From contig CAVVMJ010000003.1 of NCBI GenBank assembly GCA_963749445.1, positions 128,715 to 192,714 on the forward strand: a stretch of 64,000 nt of DNA, written 5' to 3'. A model generated the notes under the pieces. The model did no database searches. It saw nothing but the letters and a program-made list of their open reading frames with translations, and had not been told where the DNA came from. The position numbers and the translations under genes are program-made. The stretch's first letter is position 1, and every line of letters starts with the position of its first letter. Origin of the DNA: an uncultured bacterium (GTDB lineage: Bacteria; Patescibacteriota; Doudnabacteria; UBA920). Of the stretch, positions 57,157 to 64,000 are shown in pieces.

Positions 57157-58368
57157 ATGGCAGAAGAAACTATTCAACAAACCCCCGTGGTTAACCCCGC
57201 GGCGCAAAACGCCCAGACCATGGCCGAACTTATGGATAGCGGCGTGGAAATAAAGGTGCTTAAGGCCGGCGATATGGTGGAAGGCCGGCTGATTTCGGTG
57301 GGCAAAAATGAAGTTTACGTGGATTTGGAAGGCTATGGCGTGGGCGTGGTACGCGGCCGCGAGCTGTATGACGACGAGGCCACTTTAAGCTCGCTCAAGC
57401 CCGGAGACAAAATTTTTGTTTCCGTAATTGAGCCGGAAAACAAGGAAGGCATAGCGGAATTGTCCCTGCGCCAGGCCGGCCAGGAACGGGTCTGGCAGAC
57501 GCTCAAGACTTTGATGGAACAAAAGGACGTTGTCCGCACTAAAATTTTGGAAGCCAATAAAGGCGGCCTTATGGTGGAAATTAACAACGTGATGGGTTTT
57601 TTGCCTGTGTCGCAGTTGTCTTTGGAACATTATCCGCGGGTGGAAGACGGCGACAAGAACAAAATCCTCTCTGTGCTGCACAGTTACGTTGGTCAGTCGT
57701 TTGACGTTCAGGTAATAACCGCGGACCCGCAGGAAGAAAAACTCATTGTCAGCGAAAAAGCGGTTTTTGAAAAGGAGATGGAACAAAAGCTGTCGCAGCT
57801 GAAAATCGGCCAGGTGGTGGAAGGCACGATTACCGGCGTGGTGGATTTTGGCGCGTTCGTAAAATTCGGAGAATTGGAAGGCTTGGTTCACATTAGCGAA
57901 CTGGCCTGGCAGCGCATTGAAAATCCCAAAGACATTGTGCGCGTCGGCCAGAAGGTGCAGGCCAAAGTTATTTCAATTGATAAAGGCCGCGTGTCGCTAT
58001 CCATTAAACAATTACAATCCGACCCTTGGCTGGAAGCCGTGAAAAAATACCAAATCGGCCAGACTGTGGAAGGCGCGGTCACCAAAATTATGCCGTTCGG
58101 CGTGTTTGTGGAACTGGACAAGGACATTGCCGGGTTGTGCCACATTTTAGAGCTGTCCCACGAGGCCGTAAAAAATCCCGAGGAACTGCTCAAGCCCGGA
58201 GAGCGGAAATCTTTTAAGATTATTTCCATTGAGCCGGCCGAGCACCGTCTTGGTCTGTCGCTGAAAGCCTTGCAGGAGGCGCCGAAAAAAGTGGCAGCTG
58301 TTGAAGAAATTCCGGCTAAAACAGAAGTTAAGGACGAGGGGGTTAAGACGGAAGAAGCTAAGGCTTAA
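57157..58368 (+). CDS. rpsA: 30S ribosomal protein S1 (four S1 domains)
   Basis: NKGGL, FLPVSQ, FGAFV..GLVHISEL, FGVFV..GLCHI. Confidence 0.93.
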   Translation: MAEETIQQTPVVNPAAQNAQTMAELMDSGVEIKVLKAGDMVEGRLISVGKNEVYVDLEGYGVGVVRGRELYDDEATLSSLKPGDKIFVSVIEPENKEGIAELSLRQAGQERVWQTLKTLMEQKDVVRTKILEANKGGLMVEINNVMGFLPVSQLSLEHYPRVEDGDKNKILSVLHSYVGQSFDVQVITADPQEEKLIVSEKAVFEKEMEQKLSQLKIGQVVEGTITGVVDFGAFVKFGELEGLVHISELAWQRIENPKDIVRVGQKVQAKVISIDKGRVSLSIKQLQSDPWLEAVKKYQIGQTVEGAVTKIMPFGVFVELDKDIAGLCHILELSHEAVKNPEELLKPGERKSFKIISIEPAEHRLGLSLKALQEAPKKVAAVEEIPAKTEVKDEGVKTEEAKA

Positions 58369-58516
58369 GAGTCAAGACGCGTGTTTGAGGGCAGCCCTCA
58401 ATTTATAGAAACGCAAAAAGGATTCCCAAGTATGGGAACCCTTTTTTTGTTTGAGTTGTATTCTCGTTGATCCGCGTTCATATCTGCGTAGAAGATCAGC
58501 GAGTAATCCGCGGTTT

Positions 58517-58741
58517 TTACATGGCCGGTTTGGGCATGCTGCTGGCGCTGGTGGCGCAGGCTTTGCAGTTGGCTTTATGGGTGACGGCTTCAAATATGGC
58601 GGACAGGCCGACAAGGACGTAAACAATATTGGCTAACGTTGTGCCTAGATACGCGACGGCGTTAAAACCGAACGCGAATAGGCCCCAGTTGAGGCCGCCG
58701 ATAACCAGAAGGATAAAAGCGATTATGTGGAGAGCTTTCAT
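58517..58741 (-). CDS. DUF378 family small membrane protein
   Basis: LLVIGGLNWGL..IVYVLVGLSAI; GGGGGTG SD. Confidence 0.85.
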   Translation of the reverse strand: MKALHIIAFILLVIGGLNWGLFAFGFNAVAYLGTTLANIVYVLVGLSAIFEAVTHKANCKACATSASSMPKPAM

Positions 58742-59058
58742 TTTGCTCACCCCCTTTTTATCCGCCCCGAAAGCAATGAGAGATGTCATGTTTCGGGTGC
58801 GGTATTTGTTTCATCAAAGAATGATTTCCGCCAGACCTGGGCGGATAACCCTCCGAAGCTTTCCGCTGGTCCGCCATAACTTTAGCGGCGGCGGAAGCGA
58901 AGGAGGGCAATAAATCGACACCGCCATTATATCAGTTTAAGCCAAAATCCGCCAAATCGGTTATCCCCTAGCTAGCAGTTAGCCTTTAGCTGATAGCGTT
59001 TAGCTAGACACTGAAGACTGGTTCGCTAAATGCTAATTGCCAACTGCTAAATGCTTTT

Positions 59059-60448
59059 TTACCATCCAAACATTTTTCCTACCTCTTCCGGCCCTTCGCG
59101 CCTTCTGGCGATTTTAATTTCGCCGTTTTGGGCGATTAGTTTGGCCGGACTGGACAGCAGGCAGTGGTGCGAGGCCAAGGAATCCTGATAGGCGCCGGTA
59201 TCCAATATAGCAATGTACAATTCATCGGTATCATCCAGCCGCGGCAGTAAAATGTAATCGCCGCCGGCCGTGTATTTGTCATCACTATCGCACGAAGAGC
59301 CGGCCAGCCAGACTTTGTCCAGTTTGCGCGTGTTCATATAGTTAACCGGTATGACGTGCCATTTTTGGTGGATGGCCCAGGTGTCTATCAAATCGTTCAT
59401 AAAACTGCCGTCTATCACATACCATTTGACGTTGCCTTTGTTGCCTACGTCTTTTTGGGTTAGAATTTTGTAGATGGTAATCTGCGCGGGCGCGGCCACG
59501 TAGCTGCCCCACTCCACAATCAGGTTGGGATGCCTTATGCCGAGCTTGTCCGCTTCTTTTTTGGCGGTTTTGACGATTTGCTGCACCAGATTTTTGCCCG
59601 TGTAAAAGTGCTTCTTTTTTTCAAACGGCACGCCGGCGCCGCCGCCGATGTCCAAAGTGTCCAGCTGCGGATTTTTTTCCTTCAGCTCGGCGTACAAGGC
59701 CAATGTCCGCTTTAAGGGTTTAATAAATCCTTGGATGTTTTCAATCTGTTTGGAAATGTGGTAATGCAGCGTTGAAAGATTTCTGACTTTGCCGATTTTG
59801 CGCAGTTCTTCTTCGGTAAAGCCGAAACGGTTGAATTTTTTGTCCCAGTGGGATTGGACTTTAATGTCCAGATTCACGCGGATGCCGACTTCGCCTTTAA
59901 ATTTGGCCATCCGTTCCAGTTCCGTATAGTCTTCAATAATTGGGATGACAATCAGCCCTTTGCTTTTTAATTCTTCAATCAGGCTGATGTATTTTTCGGT
60001 TTTTGGGCCGTTGCAAATGACGCGGATTTTGGCGTTGAATTTGTCCTGCTCAATCATCCGTCTTGACCAAGAACAGTTCGTTGGCGCTTGCCACGTCCAA
60101 ATTGGCGCCTTCGGCCACGGCCGGCAAAACAAATTCCTTGTTCTGGTTGGCTTTCATGGCGTAATGGTAATAAAATTTGCCTTTGTAGCCCAGTACTTTA
60201 ATGTAGGCGTTAAAGGTTTCAATTAGGTCCCGCACGCGGTTTTCTATAACCGTGGGGAAGACGATTTCCGTGGAGGTGCCGTACTTTTTGACAATGTCAA
60301 AGATGTTGTATTGGTAATTGCCTTCGCGCACCATAAGTTCGCCGTCCTGGCTGATGTCAAAATTGTGGGTATTGTATTCCTCAATGCCCAGGCGCCAGAA
60401 TTTGCGGAAGCCGTTCTTCTTTTTTTTGGTTCGATGTTTTATCGGCAT
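59059..60448 (-). CDS. Orn/DAP/Arg decarboxylase family (arginine decarboxylase-like); frameshift near 60060
   Basis: YAMKANQ, CNGPK, LHYH, DIGGG, GSSCDSDD, DTGAYQD. Confidence 0.8.
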
Positions 60449-60483
60449 AGGTGGATGATTTATGTACTACAAATGGCGGTTCT

Positions 60484-60542
60484 TGTAGTGGCATGCCGGG
60501 GCATGCTGTTTTCTGTCCAGGCACGCCACGGCGTGCCTCTAC
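60484..60542. repeat. GTAG-tagged REP doublet
   Basis: tgtagtggcatgccggggcatgc..aggcacgccacggcgtgcctctac. Confidence 0.8.
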
Positions 60543-60546
60543 GTGC

Positions 60547-61728
60547 TTATTGATTAATGTGCGCGACTTTGGCAACCGGGAAGCCGTTAAAGTCCGTGGC
60601 CGAGGCTAAAGTGTAAGCGCCAATATTTTCCGCGTAAAGCAAATCGTCAATTTGCAAATCTTCCGGCAGTTCATCAGCCAGTGAGATTGTATCAAAAGCG
60701 TCGCAGGTCGGTCCAAAAGTGGCGCAAAGTTTGAGTTCGCCATCTTTAAAAGCGTGAAGCGGGTAATGCTGGTGGTCATAAACCTGGCCGGAAAAAGTAT
60801 GATACACGCCATCATCAAGATAATAACAAGTTTTGCCGTCGCGAATGGATTTGCCGATAATTTTTGTCACCAAGGTGCAGGCTGTGGCCACCATAAATCG
60901 GCCAGGTTCGGCAATAACCTGGATGTTGTCTTTGCCGAACAAGCGTTTAATTTCCGATATTCAATTTTTTAGCCAAAGCGGAAAATGATTTTACATCCGG
61001 TGCGTATTTAACCGGAAACCCGCCGCCAATATCCAAAACTTTTTTCTTTTTGCCCTCTTTATCCGTAAAACCAATTTCAAAATTCCGCAAAGCAGCTTCC
61101 TTCAAAATAGAATGCGCAAAATTCAGCGCTTGCAAATAGTTGTCAAAATTATTGCATTGACTGCCCACGTGAAAACTAATGCCTTCCACATCCAAACCCA
61201 TGCCAATGGCCTCGGCAATTAGATCCACGGCTTCGCCGGGATGCGCGCCAAATTTGGAAGACAGCTCCACCATACTTCCGGTGTTGGGCACGCGAATGCG
61301 TAAAACTAGCCCTACGTCCGGCGCGTGTTGCTTGATTTTTTTCAGTTCCTCAATATTGTCAAAAGTTACCAAAATTTTGTACGGGTTTAATTTTGTCAAA
61401 ACTTTGAACGGCTTAATAGTGTTGGCGTAAATAATTTTGTCCCAAATAAAATCTTGGCGTTCTTTGTCCGGCCAGGTTTCAATATTTTTATAAACAAGCT
61501 TGAATTCGTAAATTGAAGCCACGTCAAAGCTGGAGCCAAGGTCAAACATGGTTTTAATTATCTCAGGATTGGAATTAGCCTTAACCGCAAAATACGGTTG
61601 CACATCCGGCAATTTTTCACGGAATTCCTTAAAATTGTTGCGCTTAGGATTTCGTGGTCAACCACAAACAGCGGCGTGCCGTTTTTAGCCGCCAATTCCT
61701 GTAAAAGTTTTTTTCGTTCTTGGGTCAT
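60547..61728 (-). CDS. Fold type III ornithine/lysine decarboxylase; frameshifts near 60950 and 61615-61650
   Basis: GTPLFVVD, PYFAVKAN, FDVAS, SKFGA, SFHVGSQ, DIGGGFP, AEPGRF, GPTCD, GAY. Confidence 0.88.
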
Positions 61729-61853
61729 AGAATTTAAATTACTAATATATTTAAATGGTATTGATGATAGCGAATTTCAATACGAATACGGTTTAAGATT
61801 AGTATTATTTGTACTATTCGCATGCATTAGTATATTGGTATCACATTAATAAT

Positions 61854-63312
61854 CTATGGAATAAACCGGAAGTTTTCAAATTGCCAAACATCGGCAGTGG
61901 GTTTGGTTGGCTGGATTTTCTTTAAAATAGACTACGCGGTTTTTAATGGGAGTCCAGTCCGAGGCCTTGGAAATAAAATTGCCTAAATAAGGTTTAGCAA
62001 TATCCAGTACAAAGTCGTGCGGTAAATCATCGGGTAAATTCAAATCCCCTTTTCGGGTTTTCTATCATCCAAAGTACGCGCTGATAACACCCGAGCGCGA
62101 CCTGCAAAGTTGTGGCATTTTGTCCCGGCGCCAGCCTTCTGGCTTCTTCTATGGAAAGATCGCTGCCTGTCCACCAGGAATTTATTCATGGCCCATAAGC
62201 AAAGCGCCTAAGATATCCGCGCCAGTAGTAATTTCATCTTCCATAATTCTTAATTTTGGCGGCAAAACATAATTTCTGCCGCGAAGTTCGCAAAGGGAAG
62301 ACAAAGTTTCGTGGCAAGGCATATATGCGTAATGCACGGTGGGACGAAAAACGGCCTTTTCTCCTTCCCAAACTGTAAGTCGATCTGATAATCCAAAAGC
62401 TTCGCCATGGCGGATAACCATGCCCACAATTTCCTGGTCCGGAATCCAGGACCTGACCCAGGTGTTCATACCCATTTGCGCCAAAGCGATTTGGTTTTTT
62501 GGGCCATATGGCGGAACATGCGCCAGAGTTCGGGAAGTTTTTGCTCATGCGTACCCCAGCCCATTTCCGCCGGCGCCGTGCCTTCTTCCCGAAGGCCTTC
62601 TATGCTCCAGGTGCCCACGAATTCATCCACTTCCTTGGGCCGATTGGTAATTTGCGTGTCGCGCTCGCTGCAATGAATGACTTTGACCTTAGTTTTTGGC
62701 CAAGCAAATTAAATTTGCGGGATTTGATTAATTCTTCCAGTTCTTCTTTGTCTTTCCCGGTTGCTTTTCCATCAGCTATCATTTTATTTGCAATATCAAT
62801 CAGCCCTTGTTTTACAAAATGTGAAATCAGCCCTGGATTAGCGCCATGGTCAACCACTGCAGTAGGCGCGTTCTTTCGGCCAGTCTTTGATCATTTCGCG
62901 GAGTTTCATTTGCCGCCAGTAAAGCGATTTTTCAAACGGACTGTCTTTAAATAATCCCTTCTAAAGAATCCCAAACCTCCACCGAAGTATTTACGTACAA
63001 AACATTATGGTCATGGCACCAGCCAATAATATCATTGGCGCCGATATTCCAGGCCAAATCAATAATCAGGCCGCCATTGTCCGTGTATTTGGCAAGTTCT
63101 TTGCCCATATTTTCCGGGGTAATCCGGTTGTCGGACAAATTTTACGCCTTTATCCGTAAATTTTTTTAAACTTTGGCTTTGTCTTCAAAATCCATAATGG
63201 TGACATTTTTCGGGTCAACTTTCAAATTCTCCAAAAGAACCGGCAAAGTGCATTGCGAAACCGAGCCATAGCCGATAATTAAGATTTTGTGGTTGAATTT
63301 TTTCTTAGTCAT
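61854..63312 (-). CDS. hss: Homospermidine synthase; multiple frameshifts
   Basis: ILIIGYGSV, IDLAWNI, YVNTSVEVW, DHGANPGLISHF, PAEMGWG, GMVIRHGEA, RPTVHYAY, SWWTGS, NATTLQVA. Confidence 0.88.
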
Positions 63313-63336
63313 TTTTTTGGTTGCACTTTTTTTGTA

Positions 63337-63447
63337 CCATTCCGAGCGAGTGCATCCGAGTCGAGGAATCTGTTACCCATCGATTATTGATAAACAACAG
63401 ATCCCTCCACTCGCCCTCAGATGCATTCGGCCTCGGTCGGGATGGAG
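63337..63447. repeat. CCATTCCGAGCGAG-family palindrome
   Basis: ccattccgagcgagt..gagtcgaggaatctgtt..aacagatccctccac..gtcgggatgg. Confidence 0.75.
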
Positions 63448-63507
63448 ACAAGACTAAATTAATTAATGTGAACAAAAAAACGCGATTCAAATTGAATCCG
63501 TTTACAA

Positions 63508-63615
63508 TTAACCCGCCAAAAATTTTTGTGGCTGAGTTGAAGCAGTCAGTTTTATCGAATCATTGTTCAAATTTTTATTAATTTTGTCTGGAGAAAAAAA
63601 TTTTAGGCGGGTAAA
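63508..63615. repeat. Solitary ACCCGCC-AAA inverted-repeat unit
   Basis: ttaacccgccaaaaattttt...aaaattttaggcgggtaa; same termini as the units flanking the GIY-YIG gene. Confidence 0.75.
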
Positions 63616-63819
63616 ATTAAGCCATTGAATTGACTTGCTGCTTGGGATGAAATAGTCGTGCGGATAATTGTTCTGGTCACCTTTCCGGAGTTAATAAAAC
63701 ATTAAGCCTAATTTACATTAAACGGTTGGGTTTGTCAAATAGTTTTTAAACCTTTTTACTATTTGTAAGGAATAAAAAATATTTGATAAAATTGCAGTAT
63801 ACATCATTAGCACCAAAGT

Positions 63820-64000
63820 ATGGGAACTAAATATGACGTAGATGAAAAATTTTTTGAAAAATGGACTCCTGTTATGGCGTATGTCCTGGGATATTTGTAT
63901 GCCGACGGCAGTTTGGAAAATGCGCCATATCTCCGGGGTAAGTATCTGCGGCTTACCAGTACAGATAAAGACCTTGTTGATTTTACAAGAAACGCTTTGA
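63820..64000 (+). CDS. LAGLIDADG endonuclease-like protein, 5' part (truncated by window end)
   Basis: Manual translation MGTKYDVDEKFFEKWTPVMAYVLGYLYADGSL..YLRLTSTDKDLV. Confidence 0.8.
   Translation, partial: MGTKYDVDEKFFEKWTPVMAYVLGYLYADGSLENAPYLRGKYLRLTSTDKDLVDFTRNAL

Overview
Bacterial chromosomal segment spanning the replication-origin region (jag-yidC-yidD-rnpA-rpmH / dnaA-dnaN-recF). Gene content and style (pbpC plus alpha-2-macroglobulin, GspE/PilB ATPase, DHH protein, TrmB regulator, giant Ig-repeat surface protein, free-standing LAGLIDADG and GIY-YIG nucleases) suggest Patescibacteria/CPR; this is an inference, not a database result. Other core genes are polA, ruvB, ruvC, tyrS, rsmI, gyrA, rpsA, tsaE and a class A PBP. 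A complete ~1.07 kb IS256-like element, a tRNA-Ile with the rare UAU anticodon and a polyamine cluster (homospermidine synthase plus two decarboxylases) are present. Many genes, including essential ones, carry single-base frameshifts that look like sequencing errors. The most striking feature is a dense set of about ten families of small palindromic or periodic repeats. They fill many gene junctions, flank a GIY-YIG nuclease gene, host the IS insertion, and sit in-frame inside polA, rsmI, a DHFR-family gene, an O-antigen ligase and a glycosyltransferase. Candidate defence effectors are an AT-rich HEPN-motif gene between pbpC and the macroglobulin, and a membrane protein with a RelE-like tail. 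No CRISPR array or rRNA was seen.
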